This document shows positions 36,860 to 49,715 of a stretch of DNA of 64,000 nucleotides, piece after piece (within the stretch, counting starts at the first letter, position 1; every line of letters begins with the position of its first letter). The translations under genes and the position numbers were made by a program. Under the pieces are notes generated by a model, which did no database searches, was not told the origin of the DNA, and saw only the letters and a program-made list of their open reading frames with translations. Source of the DNA: Camelus dromedarius (taxonomy: Eukaryota); contig NC_087439.1 of the NCBI RefSeq assembly GCF_036321535.1, positions 12,834,001 to 12,898,000 of the forward strand. The letters run 5' to 3'.

Positions 36860-39800
36860 GTGCTGTTGCAAATGGCAGGGGTTTTCTACTTTTTTATGGC
36901 TGAATAATATTCCATTGCATATATATATACATAGACATATATATATATGTCTATTCATTAGTAATGGACATGTGGGTTGTTCACATGTCTTGGCTACTGT
37001 GAATAATGCTGCAATGAACATGGGAGTGCATATATCTCTTTAAGACAGTAATTTCATCTTCAGATATACACTTAGAAGTGGAATTGCTGGATCATATCGT
37101 AGCTCTATTTTTAATTTTTGGAGGAACTTCCATACTATTTTCCATAGTAGCTGTACCAATTTAAATTTCCACCAATTTGCACCAAGGTTTCCTGGTACAT
37201 TCCTTTTTTTTTTTTTTTTTTTTTTGATAATAGCCCCTCTAAAAAGTATGAGACATCTCATTTTGGTTTTGATTTGCATTTCCCTGATGGTAAGTGATGT
37301 TGAGCAGTGTTCCGTGCCCTCATTGACCATTTGTATTCTTCTTTGGAAAGGTGTATGTTCAAATCCTCTGTACATCTTTTAATTGGATTATTATTTTTTG
37401 CTATTGAGTTGCTATNNNNNNNNNNNNNNNNNNNNNNNNNNNNNNNNNNNNNNNNNNNNNNNNNNNNNNNNNNNNNNNNNNNNNNNNNNNNNNNNNNNNN
37501 NNNNNNNNNNNNNNNNNNNNNNNNNNNNNNNNNNNNNNNNNNNNNNNNNNNNNNNNNNNNNNNNNNNNNNNNNNNNNNNNNNNNNNNNNNTTTGGTTATT
37601 ATATCCAAAAAATTCTTTGCTAAGGCTGATGTTGAGGGTTTTTCCCTTGTGTTTTCTACTAGGACTTTTACACTTTCAGGGCTTACGTTTATGTCCTTTA
37701 GTCCATTATGACTTAATTTTTGTGAGTCGTGTAATATAGAAGTTTAAATTCATTCTTTGCATGTGGATATCTAGTTTTCCCAATACCCTTTATTGAAGAG
37801 ACTATCCTTTCCTTATTGAGCATTATTGGCTCCCTTGTCAAGTATTAGTCGACCATATACGCAAGGATTCATTTCTACACTCTCAGTACTGCTCCATTGT
37901 TCTGTGTCTGTTTTTATGCCGGTACTATATTGTTTTAATTACTATAGATTTTTAATTTAGTTTGAAATCAGGAAGTGTGATGCTTCCAACTTTGGGCTTT
38001 CTCGAGACTGCTTCTAGGATTACTTTTCTATTTCTGTGAAAAATGCTATTGGAATCTTGATAAAGATTGATTTGAATCTATAGATAGATTTGGGTGGTAT
38101 GGACATTTTAACAATGTTAATTTCTGATCAATAACATGGGATATTTTTCCATTTATTTGTGTCTTTTTCAGTTTCTTTCATCAATGTTGTACTTTTCAGG
38201 ATATAGATGTTTTACATCCTTGGTTAAATTTATTCTTAAATAATAAATGTTTTTACTGTTAATGAGATTGTTTTCTTTCTTTTTCAGATAGGTCATTTTA
38301 GTGTACAGACGTGCAACTGATTTTTGTGTGTTGATTTTTTTTATCCTGAAACTTTACAGAATTCATTTATTAGGTATAACAGTTTTTTTGACNNNNNNNN
38401 NNNNNNNNNNNNNNNNNNNNNNNNNNNNNNNNNNNNNNNNNNNNNNNNNNNNNNNNNNNNNNNNNNNNNNNNNNNNNNNNNNNNNNNNNNNNNNNNNNNN
38501 NNNNNNNNNNNNNNNNNNNNGTAGCATGCATACTATATTGAATGGGAGTGGTGAGAGGGGGCACCCTTATATTGTTCCTGATCTTAGACAGAATGCTTTC
38601 AACCTTTCACTCGTGAATATGATGATAGTTGTGAGTTTGTCATAAATATGGCTTTTATTATTTTGAGGTATGTTCCTTCTATACCCAATGTGTTGAAAGT
38701 TTTTTCAAGAAAGGATGTTGAATTTTGTCAGATTTTTTTCTGTCTCTATTGAGAGGATTGATTTTTGTCTTTCATTTNNNNNNNNNNNNNNNNNNNNNNN
38801 NNNNNNNNNNNNNNNNNNNNNNNNNNNNNNNNNNNNNNNNNNNNNNNNNNNNNNNNNNNNNNNNNNNNNNNNNNNNNNNNNNNNNNNNNNNNNNNNNNNN
38901 NNNNNNNNNNNNNNNNNNNNNNNNNNNNNNNNNNNNNNNNNNNNNNNNNNNNNNNNNNNNNNNNNNNNNNNNNNNTGACTTCAGTATCAGGGTAATGGTA
39001 ACTTGTAAAATTAGTTTGGGAGTGCTGTCTCCTCTTCAGTTTTCTAGAAGAGTTTGAGGAGAATTGGCCTTAACTCTTCTTCAAATATTTGGCAGAATTC
39101 ACAAGTGATGCCTTCTGGTCCTGGGCTTGTCTTTGTTGGTAGATTTTTGATTACTGACTCAATATCCTTACTTATTATTGATCTGTTCAGATTTTCTATT
39201 TCTTTGTAAATCAGACTTGTTAAATTATATATTTCTAGGAATTTACTTGTTTCTTCTGGGCTGTCTAATTTGTTGACTTATAATTGTTCATAGTAGTCTC
39301 TCATAATCCTTTGTATTTCTGTGGTATCAATTGTAATGTTTCCTCTTTGGTTTATAATTTTATTTAATTGAGGTATTTCTTTTTTCCTCTTGTTAAGTCT
39401 AGCTAGCAGTTTGTCAATTTTACTTATCTTAAAAAAAACCCCAACTATTAGTTTTTTGATCTTTTCTCTTGTTTCTCTTATCTCCATTTCATTAATTTCT
39501 TGTCTGATTTTTGTTATCTCCTTTCTTCTGCTAACATTGGGTTTAGTCTGCTCTTGTTTTTCTAATTCTTTTAGATTCTTTAAGATATAAAGTTAGGTTG
39601 CTTACTTGAGATTTTTCTTTTCTGCTAATGTAGGTATTTATCCCTATGAACTTCCCTCTAAGTGATGCTTTTGCTGTATCCCATAAGTTTTGTTATGTTG
39701 TGTTTCCAGTTATGTTTGTTTCAATATATTTTTTGATTTTTTTTGTTACTTCTCTGACAAATTGTTTGCTCAGGAGTGTGTTGTTTAATTTCCATGTATT

Positions 39801-40030
39801 TGTGAGTTTTCCAGTTTTCTTTCTGTTATGATTTCTGGTTTCATACTATTTTGTTTGGAAAATATACTTTCAGTATATTTTCAGTCTTTTGAAATCTGCT
39901 GAGATGCATTTTTATGACCTAACATATGATTTACCTTGGTCCACGTGTGCTTGAGAAGAATATATTCTGTTGCTTTTGGATAGAATGCTCTGTGCGTCGA
40001 ATGTTCATCAAAGCCTCTGATGTCTAAGAT
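36860..40030 (-). mobile_element. L1 (L1MA/MB-like) ORF2 remnant, ~3.2 kb, disrupted; three N gaps (37416-37590, 38393-38520, 38778-38975)
   Basis: ORF-track peptides match L1 ORF2: STSLTIREMQIKT...KLKIELRYDPAIPLL (C-terminal), KISKIDKLLARL...EIQRIMRDYYEQL, and HRAFYPKATEY...HMLGHK (endonuclease end). Confidence 0.93.
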
Positions 40031-40774
40031 TATTTCTGAATGCAGTCCTCTGACCTCCATTTTGCCCAGGAGAAATAGCACACTGAATATATTTTTCTTT
40101 ATGCTAACAGAAACCACAAATTATGAACCCATAAGCATAATGGCTTTCTCTTCTACCTGTCCCACTGAGTCACTTAGAATTCTAGGCTCACTCTCCTGAG
40201 AGAAAGTTACAGGGCCTTTGCTGTATCTAGTGGGAAATATATTTTTTACCTACGGTAGAAAATCTGTTTAATCATTTCCACATAATAGACCATATGGTGG
40301 TGCAGGGCTGGGAGGTGACACCGTATAGGCAGAGAACATCGATTGTCGCAGGTTCGGGTGATGAATGTATCAGGCAGGTCTTCACCCTGGACATAGACTC
40401 AAGTGTGCTCAGGTGGGGAAGACTCTTCCCCCATCACTAACGCCTTGACAGTTATTACAGAGGTGGTGTAGGGCAGGCAGTCATTGTGCTTAATGAAACA
40501 TTTAAAAGGGCAAAGTCCCTGCTCTAGCTTTCTCTAAAATCATATAGGGAAAGAACCAGAGTTATTTTTTGTCTGACCACATCACTTGAAAAAATCATGA
40601 AGTCATAAAAAAGTCTCTTTGGTGCATGGAAACTTCATGTGTTCACAGGCAGCAATGCTCTTTCCCACTTTTGCTCTTGCCTCATTGTTCACTGTGCCTA
40701 GAAGGTACCTAGTTAAAAATGTATGTGAAGAAGAGTAATTGATGATTGTAGCAGCTAACCTTGCAGGAAAACTT

Positions 40775-40945
40775 ACTGTGTGCTTTTGCACATGCATCAT
40801 CTCTTTCTCTCAGCAACCTCAGTGGGCAGAGTTATACAGGCGAGAAGGTTTGGGGAAGTTGAGAACGCATCTCGGGATGCAGCCATTTACTGGCAGAGCA
40901 GGGATTCAAACCCAGGTCTGTCTGACTCCAGACTCTTAACATTTT
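40775..40945 (-). mobile_element. MIR fragment
   Basis: ggcagagcagggattcaaacccaggtctgtctgactccaga. Confidence 0.8.
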
Positions 40946-41589
40946 TCTCCGGATTACTTTGCTAAACTTTGTGGCCTGAGGGTGTAACTGTTGACACAAT
41001 GCATGTTCTGAAGAGGTCTGATGAGTGTGTGCTTGGCCTGTATATCAGAGGTATTCAACTTAAACAATTGAAGTGGAGGGAGAAGAGTGGGTGTCCCTCA
41101 TCCCCAAGCATGGACTTGGACTATGGGTTCACATTTCTTACCTCATCCAGGACGCTCATCTACAGTTGTCCTTGCTCCCTTCCTGCATCACCTCTTGGCA
41201 CTTTGTACGATCATTATCCAAAACACTGTAATCTTAAAATTAACCTTCTCTGAATCCCACACCCCTCCCCCAGGTAACATCTTATTTCTTTCCTTCCTTG
41301 ATGGCCAAACCCAAGAGCTGTCTATGCCCACTTCCTCCACTCTTATTTTTTCTTAAATCTACTCTGTTTAGACTTTTGCTATCACTTCTCAATAAGATCA
41401 TTCTTGCAAATATACCAATGGCCTCTGTGTCACAGAATCCAATGTCTCTTTCTTAGTCTTCCTTGCACTCATCCTATTATCAAGATTTGAACCAGTTTCC
41501 CCCTTGAAAACACTAAGCTTCTAGGACCCCACTTTCTTTCTATACTGCTACCCTGACCAATCCTCAACTTCCTTTGCTGGTCCATCCTT

Positions 41590-42066
41590 GGGGTTTATGC
41601 TTGGCTGCTAATAAGAGAGTTCAGAAAAATAGTGGCGTAAATGAGATATTTGTTTCTCTCTCTCATGTAACTTGAGTCCTAAAGGTAAACAGTCCAGCCT
41701 GGTAAGGTGGCTCATGTATTATCAGCGTCCCAGCTTCCTTCCTTCTGCTTCATTTTCCCTAGCACATGGCTCCTAGTCTCCACATTTCCTCATGGAATTA
41801 AAATGGCTGTTGCAGTGCTGGTCATCATAGCCACTTCTGGTGAGAAAGAAAAGGAAAGAGGAAGTACAAAAGGGCACACTTTCAAGTTGAGTCAACTTCC
41901 TTTGCAAGGTTACCTTAATACTCTGTACTTTTCTACAAGGAAATCTGGGAAATGTAGTTTTTTTTTTTAAATCTTGGAACATTTCTGTTTTTCAATAATA
42001 TCAAGGTTCTCTTATTAGGAAGAAGGGTAAAGGGGCATTAGAAAGGCAACTAGAAGTCTTTGCCCA
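41590..42066 (-). mobile_element. MaLR LTR MLT1J-like, nested in L2
   Basis: gcttggctgctaataagag...aaaatggctgttgcag...caaggaaatctgggaaatgtag...aggcaactagaagtctttgccca. Confidence 0.75.
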
Positions 42067-42195
42067 TTCATCATTATTGTGACCTCTAAAACTTAAGTCT
42101 TCAAACTGTGTTTCTTCTCTGTCTATACTAGCTCCTCAGGTGTTCTCATCCACCAGATATAAAATCCTAACTCCCCAAATTATCTCTCCAGTCTT

Positions 42196-42617
42196 TTTTA
42201 TTTTTTACATTTTTTATTGAGTTATAGTCATTTTACAATGTTGTGTCAGTTTCCAGTGTAGAACACAATTTTTCAGTTACACATGAACATACATATATTC
42301 ATTGTCACATTTTTTTTGACTGTGAGCTACCACAAGATCTTGTATATATTTCCCTGTGCTATACAGTATAATCTTGTTTATCTATTCTGCATATGCCTGT
42401 CAGTATCTACAAATTTTGAAATCCCAGTCTGTCCCTTCTCACCCTCCGCCCCCTTGGCAACCACAAGTTTGTATTCTATGTCTATGAGTCTGTTTCTGTT
42501 TTGTATTTATGTTCTTTTTTTTTTTTTTTTAGATTTCACATATGAGCAGTCTCATATGGTATTTTTCTTTCTCTTTCTGGCTTACTTCACTTAGAATGAC
42601 ATTCTCCAGGGACATCC
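42196..42617 (-). mobile_element. Young camelid-type L1 3' end with 17-bp TSD
   Basis: ttttattgagttatagtcattttacaatgttgtgtc...gagctaccacaagatcttg; TSD attatctctccagtctt (42179-42195) / attatttctccagtctt (42618-42634), followed by AA (EN-type site). Confidence 0.93.
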
Positions 42618-44273
42618 ATTATTTCTCCAGTCTTAATCTTTCCTCTGAACTTCAAAATTGAATATTTGGTTATCTGCTTTATGTCTCTACGAGATGTCCA
42701 ATCCAACTACTGCTCACCTCCTCAGCTCCTCTTCCCACCATTTCATTTGTTGTCACCTCCCTGGATTGTGGTGGTAGCTCCTAATTGATTTTCACCCTTG
42801 TCAATCTACTTTATTCTCCACTCAACAACCAGACTAATCCTTCTAGAAGATAAAGGGGATCGTGTTTATTTCTCTATTCAAAGCCACCCAGTGTCTTCTT
42901 ATCAGAGTGGTGTCCAAGTCCTTACCCTAAGCCTACAATGTCCCTTATTACCCGGCTTCATTTCTCACCTCTCCTCCCTGTCTACCTTCTTCACTCACCT
43001 TCAGGTGCTCTGGTCATCTTGCTGTTCCTTGAACACACCAGGCATGCGGCAACTTTAAGGTCTTGGAACTATGTCTCTCCTTTTGCCAGTGCATCATTTC
43101 TCCAAATATCTTTATGCAGTTACTGCTTCAATATCGTCTTTTAGGGAAGTCTTCTCTGACCACCTTAAATGAAACCACACCATGCCTTCTCAATAACGTT
43201 CTTGTATTTCTTCTCTGCTTAATTCTCTTAATCTTACTTATTGGCCCCTGACATACTCTTTGTTTATTATCTGTCTCCCCCTCCTCCCAATAATGTAAGT
43301 TTCATGAGAACATTGATCACGTCTGTTTTATGTCCCGCTGTGTCTCCAGCTTTCAGAACAGCAAATGGCATAGGGTAGATACTCAGTAAATACTTACTGA
43401 ATTAATGAATGAATAACCATCTTGGCAATGGTGTTATGAAAATGTGAGAGTTTAACTTCCCTTCAGAGAAGTGGGCTATCAATCTGTTCCACCTTTAATA
43501 CAAAATGCTTCCCCAGTACTTGGAGCTGTAGCTTATCGCCAAACAGGGCAGCAGAGCCGGTCTGCTTCAATAGAGCTGTTGAGTTGGGATTTTCCTCTGC
43601 GTTTACCTTGACTGATGGTTTGGTTCAAGTTATGCTTTGTGGAAATTCATTCCCCCCTGGAGTTTCTTCTGCCAACAGAAGGAAGACAATCATTTCTTCT
43701 TGGCATGATTTCCAACTCAATCTTCTCTGTCTTTGAGAACTCAATTGCAACCATACAACTGTTCCAAATCTCATCTTGGTCAAATCAAAGGCTGCACTTG
43801 TAATTTAACTATCCTCCCCCCACTGCATCCTGTTCTCCTTATTCTCTCAGCTCCATTATGGAAGATTGATTTGCTTTGCTTTCCAGTTAGATCCTTAAGT
43901 CCATGGCTTTGGAGTTCTGGTTATGAAATGTTTTATTTCCTCATCATATATGTGTTGATGTGTGTCTTAAATTCACATGGAATAGCTAGAACAGGGATTT
44001 TTTTTTTTGCACTTAGACATAAAATGTTTGAAATAAAAACATCAGATGTAGTTAAAAATGTTTGATTTACATGCCCATCTTGGTTCTGGACTGACGGTAT
44101 CTAAAACCCTTGCCCTTTCTGGGCCTTTTAATAAATTACCCATAAGAAAGAGTTTAGTAATTAGATTACTTAATACTTTTTAAAAGCACCCATTACAGAT
44201 AAGAGAAAATTGATCATTTTTATTTTGCAGAAAATTGTATAAAATAGTAGAGTAAAATTTTGATTAAGCAAAG

Positions 44274-44370
44274 GAGGGAGGTGTATAACTGTGTGGTAGG
44301 GCATGTACTTAGCATGCCCAATGTCCTGAGTTCAATCCCCGGTACCTCCACTAACAAAAAAATATATTTT
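44274..44370 (+). mobile_element. Degenerate camelid tRNA-derived SINE (head only)
   Basis: gtataactgtgtggtagggcatgtacttagcatgcccaatgtcctgagttcaatccccggtacctcca; TSD ttttgattaagc / ttttgattgagc. Confidence 0.8.
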
Positions 44371-44567
44371 TTTTGATTGAGCGAAAGTAAACCACAAAAT
44401 TTTATTTCTGTTTGCCACTTTGAGGGGAGGAATCAAATGACCTCCACCCCCAACAGAAATAATTCTTGTTCACTTATTCACTTTCAAACGATATCATATT
44501 TCCTGTTCATAAAAAAAAATGCTATGAAAAACTTGCAGTTATAGGATCTAGAGTTGGAGAAGACTGG

Positions 44568-45030
44568 TAATGATTAGGATTAGATTCAGATGTAATAAAG
44601 AACAAAACAATAGCTTAAACAAGCCAGAGGTTTCTCTCTTACATGTTGATCTCAAGGTAAGCATTACGGACAGCTTTGGCATTCTGTGCTTTCAGGCACA
44701 GGGTTTCTCCTCTTTTACTGCTCCACCAATTCTAGAGTGTTGTGCATGTCTGCCAAGTCCACCATTTCTTGCCATCATCTCTGCATTGTAGCTCTCAAGA
44801 ATGAGTAAAGGGACCAAGAAGGGCATGACCTATTCCTTTAAGAATGTGACTGGAAATTGTACCTATCACTTCTGGTCACATCCCATTGGTAATTAGTCAT
44901 ATGTCTTAGTCACATGGCCGTGTCTAGCTGCAGGGGAACATGGGAAATACAATGTCCATGCCATGCGCCTAGCTGAAATTTGGAGTTCTAATACATTTTT
45001 AAAAAATGAAGGATAACTAATAGTTTCGCC
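44568..45030 (-). mobile_element. MaLR LTR (MLT1I/J-like)
   Basis: aatagcttaaacaagccagaggtttctctcttacatg...agtcacatggccgtgtctagctgcagggg. Confidence 0.75.
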
Positions 45031-45159
45031 TACAGATAAGAACACTAATTTTATAGATTCACAAACTAAGGCCAATAGACATGAACTATATGGTCTCATG
45101 CGTTACAGCCCAATCATGGTGGAGCTCAGTGTAGATCTCGGTGGGTCACAAGGTATGAC

Positions 45160-45390
45160 GGAAAGAGAATGGCTTTGGAGCCAGACAGTCCTGAGTTAGA
45201 ATCTCAGTTTTCCAATTATTGACTGTGTGATTTGGGGGAAAATTTATTAACCTGTCTGAGCTTTGACTTTCTTATTTGTGAAATGGGGATAATTTCTCTC
45301 TCAAGATTGTCTGGGATGATAAGTGAGTTGAAGCGTGAAAGCATCTGTCAGGGTACTCAGCACATCACAAGCACCAAGTCAGTGGTAGAT
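45160..45390 (+). mobile_element. MIR
   Basis: ggctttggagccagacagtcctgagttagaatctcag...ttgtgaaatggggataat. Confidence 0.85.
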
Positions 45391-48300
45391 TCTTTCTTTC
45401 CTGACCTTCCTGCTATAACTTCATGCACATAATGTGGATAGATTTAAACACACACAGGTATGACCCTATGGAAAAGCATCGTATTCAACCCAGATCTTTT
45501 ACTTTTCTGTTTCTGTACAATTTGAGTTAACATTCAGTTATGATTTCAAGGTACTCTAAGAGATGGGTATAAAAAAAGGGAAAAGATGTTTGAGGAAAGT
45601 TTCAATTATCTAGAAAATTTAAGTTAACTGGAATCTCTCAAGCTCTGAGCATTCCAGTTAATGAAATGAATATTTAGCATTATTTCAGTAACCCATTATA
45701 TCTTGCCCATAGGCTTTGTATTAATGGCTTTTGTCATTTACACTTTTATTTTCTTTTCTGTGATGGTTCTTTCTCCAAAACTTAATTCAACATCCAAGTT
45801 TTATTTTTCTTATAATGGTTTTGGAATTTAAGTGAATTACTGTCCAAAGTTTGGAAAACATTAGATTGTTTATTTTAAAAAAATCTGAGAGAGTGAAGAA
45901 ATGTTTTTCTTGGGTTACTGTCTAAACTTTTTTAAAAAAGTAAGAATATGTGAAAGAACACAGACAGATTCGCTTGAGAGAAATCCCTCCAGTCTGGGGG
46001 GAAAAGAATGACTCAAATTCAAACCATATGTGCTACATAAAGTAGAATTTTGAATATTCATATTATGATGTGAAAAATGGATCCCCGGAATGGTAAGTCT
46101 TACAGAATGAATGGAAATGAAAATAGTAGTATGAATGTCACTTCCCTGATGCATAATATTGCAGTTCTATCGAGCATCTTTTTTTCCCCTAGATTGGATC
46201 ACTAGAGAACAATCACGCTTACAGACATGGAAAACATGCCCTCATTCTAATTACATAAGGCGCTTTGGAAGGAAAACAAATTTAGCTCAGTATCTTTCTG
46301 AATGAATTCTAATTCTGGTAATGTGACACTATTATTCTTGTCCATTCCTCTTGCTTAGCTGGTTTTTGAAACATCAGCATTTCATTTTGTTTCTACTAAT
46401 TTTTGAGTCCTGGTTGAAATCACCTCTGAATTGTATTGGATGTTTGTTTGCAGCCGGCAAATTCACACTTCTTTTTTTTAAGCTTCTGTTGTTATGCCAA
46501 ATACTTCTTTCTTTACTTTCATTCATCTTGTTAATGTCCCTGTCAACAGATTTGTCCCAGAACAATCTAAATCATCTTCATTTTTTTTTTTTTTTAATAG
46601 AGGGGAGGAAAAAAATTGGACAGCTTTACAGGAAGTATCCTACCTCACTTTTAGGATGCATTTCACGTATTTATTTTGGCACACCTGGCCAGTACGTCTT
46701 AGCATTATTCATCTCCATTTACGCTGTTAATGGATTTTCAATTGCAAATTATCCACAGAATATGCATCAGAATACTTTTTACAGCTGTATGAAATGATTT
46801 ATGTGCCCATAATGTTCAATCAGCCTTTGGCTTGTATCAACAAGTTGTCTAAAGTAAGGATTCTTACCCCTTGGGAAGCAGTCAGCTAACAGGAAGCCCC
46901 AGGAGACTGGTGGTTAATGGTGATCCCAGAATATTCTCTGTGTAGACAGAGCTAGAGGATTCTTTCGTCACCTTCAAGGGTTATACTTGAGTAAGAGAAT
47001 TAGAAGATGGAAACCTTGGGAATTTCAGGAGAAAGAGCTTCATAAATATTTTAGTGTTCATAGTGAAAGAATGAATTCAGCAGACAAAATTGAGATATCA
47101 GTAGTCTTTTTGCTGTTACATGGTTAAAGACTAAATGCTGGTTCCAAAGAGAATCTAACAGCAGATTCCTCTTCTCTAAACCACTGCTACTCTAAATGTG
47201 TCCTTGGGCCCTGGTATAAACTTTCATTCAAGTGAGATGAGTACAGAAATTGAGATTATTTAGAAACTGGCACAGAGACCTGCTACTGCTGTAACAGCCA
47301 CGTGCATGACCAGGGGACTTTTCCTACTGAACAGGAGATACACTAGTTTGCTGGATATTGATGAGTTCCTTTGTGTCCTGTGTCTGTTTAGTAAGATTAT
47401 GCATCAGTCCAAGGTGGATTTGAAACAAGCAAAAAAAAAAAAAAAATCCATCTATATCCACAAGGAATATAGGAAGCACGCCTCTAAACAAGTGGGGGCA
47501 TTACTGAGTTTAATGTTGCTTTCCACTCCCCTAGAGGTGGAGAAGGAAGAAAATGGGGTCCCCTGGTGGCGGGAGGGGCAAAGGTTTTCGCTGTCACAAA
47601 TACAGACAATGTATGGCAAATCCCGAAATGGATCGGCATTACCGAGGCATCCATGAGACCTTGAGTTGCTGTGGTCAGTCTGCCCCATTCAACCAGAGAA
47701 GGAGAGTAGTTTTGGCTGTAGATTCTAGCAGGTGTGACAGCAACTGCATAAACCTGAGCATGCCTCTTGCCATTTAAGTCTGGTCTGAAGGGCGTCATGG
47801 GGAAAACTTCCTGGAGCATCCTGGAGGGAGCTTCACTTTCATGGGGCAACTTGAGTGTGGTCGTGGCTCTCAGCAAGAGCAGCAGATAGGCATTGGGGCA
47901 GCCTAGGCACATCTTAACTCATCAGACTCATCAGTCCTTTTGGTGTCTATTGCTAAAAGCCAACCATCCTCCTTATAATTAAAACATTGTATCTGAAGCT
48001 ACATTTTAACTGCAACACAAGAATAAGTTTATCTTATAAGGCTTAAACTTAATACTTACAGACATCAGTTACATTAGGCTAGAGTCTAATGACCAGAGAG
48101 AAAGTCCTGTACAAGTGGCATTATTTGATTATGTACAATTAATTCCGTTTGCTTTCCACATTTCTCTAGAAACTTTTTAGGACCTTCCTCTTTGGAAATT
48201 TCAGCATAAAGCTACTGAATTTTTGTTTTAAGATAATATATAGATCCATTAAATGGGTAATATTTTCCCTTAAGTATAGTCCTTCCTACAAATTCCATAC

Positions 48301-48564
48301 TCCCCACTGTGTTCCCAGGGATGTTCAATAACTTGAATATTTGAGACAGAAAATGCACTATAACCTTTATTTAAATATCTTAGCTGTCCTGATTGAACAG
48401 ATGTTTCTCAAAAATTTACCCTAATGGTATGTGGCTTAACCTCACTCATGAAAACTGTGGCTAATACTGTTAATTGGCTCCTCGACACCCCCACCCCCCA
48501 CCCCATTCTCTCTCATAGTATTTTGCAATATAGAGGCTGATCATTGAAATATTCTTTTATCTAA

Positions 48565-48599
<35 letters not shown>

Positions 48600-48600
<1 letters not shown>

Positions 48601-48850
48601 AGCTATATATTGCTGTAGGACCCAGTTCTGGCCATGAGCTTACATAGAATTCTGCTGGGGGCACTTCTGGGGAACCATCTGCTTTTCTGAAAATAGGAAT
48701 GTGTTGGCTAATACAGCCCGGTGCTCTTCTCCCCTGCTGTGAGTGAGGACCGATGGCAGCGTCTGCAGCAGTCATCTTAGACCCACGTGCTAAGAGGAAA
48801 AGAAATCCTTTTTTGTTGGAATCAGTGTAGTCCAATTACTTGCAGACTAT
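48600..48850 (+). mobile_element. MaLR LTR fragment (MLT1J/K-like), preceded by T31 (48568-48598)
   Basis: cccagttctggccatgag...gggcacttctgggga...gcagcagtcatcttag...ttacttgcag. Confidence 0.65.
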
Positions 48851-49509
48851 TGGCTTCCTTAGTAATGCTGAAACCTTATCCTCTGAATAACATATTTACA
48901 AATTTCCATAGCACTCTTCTCAAGTTTCATTCCAGAATGCATTAGAAAGTGGTAGAACACTTGGGCCTGGCTCGGTTAGGTCCTAATATGCATGTTAACT
49001 CCAGCCAATCTAAAGAGTGTAAACGTGAAACTCTATGGTTCAATTTCTTCCAATTCTTCTGAGGCTATAACATAAAAATGGTCTGCTCTAGCACCGCTAT
49101 CCATTTAACCTTCCTCAATTTTCATTTCACAATTCTAGGGTTCTCTCTCTTATTTTCTCATCTTGAGGTATCTGCGATTTGAGCTGAACTAAGTAACTAA
49201 CCTAAAATTATTACTGTCATCGTAGAAATACACACAGAGGTAAGCCACTTATATTAGACTTTCACGTGAAGGGTACTTGTATTTGGCAAGGGTTATCATA
49301 CTTTTCAGAAGTTCTTGTTCCCATATTGAGAGGGAAGATTCAGAGACATCATTTGAAGCGAGGCACTGTCCTTGAAGTGGCTCAAAGTGACAGAGTGGAA
49401 AATAAAACAGAAGATGAGATGATAAAGCTCTTTATGGACTTGGTTGGTTCAGTCAACATGTTCAAGGTAGCTCAGTGACGTTCTCTAAGCCCCCTTTGCG
49501 GATATCCAG

Positions 49510-49715
49510 GCTGCTCCTCCTCTCTGCTCCCAAAGTGTCCTGTGTGCTCCCCGACTAGAGCACCTGCCACACCGCACTTTAATTTATTTGTTCACACATA
49601 GTCTTTCCTTTGAGGGCCAGTGACTCTGTCCCTCCATCCCCAGTGCCAGTAGCAAACCTGGCACTTCCTGGAGTCTCAAAACTGATTTAAGGACAGATGG
49701 AAAGAATGAAGGAAC
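49510..49715 (+). mobile_element. L2 3' end
   Basis: ctttgagggccagtgactctgtc...ccccagtgccagtagcaaacctggcac. Confidence 0.65.

Larger units (their letters stand above)
41150..43415 (+). mobile_element. L2a fragment split by MLT1 and L1 insertions
   Basis: Pyrimidine-rich L2 body (caatggcctctgtgtcacagaatccaatg; tcaaagccacccagtg; gggaagtcttctctgaccacc); 3' tail gtagatactcagtaaatacttactgaattaatgaatgaa. Confidence 0.8.

Noticed and set aside
36815-36860. MER58-like terminus next to the L1
   Set aside because: Only ~45 bp and the other end was not found; too weak to list
36860-42617. The L1 at 36860 starts roughly where the L1 at 42196-42617 stops in the consensus, suggesting one split element
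   Set aside because: The 42-kb copy has its own TSD and looks younger, and the order is wrong for a simple split; coincidence
43586-43595. NF-kB consensus GGGATTTTCC
   Set aside because: Single isolated 10-mer; not distinguishable from chance
47548-47566. CTCF-like CCACCAGGGGAC on the minus strand
   Set aside because: Mismatch in the invariant GGC core; no supporting context
47484-47912. Longest unique-sequence ORFs (142 aa here; also 148 aa at 46351, 216 aa at 16885, 180 aa at 52500)
   Set aside because: No domain-like content; 16885 runs through a MIR and 52500 is antisense to the ERV integrase; lengths are expected by chance
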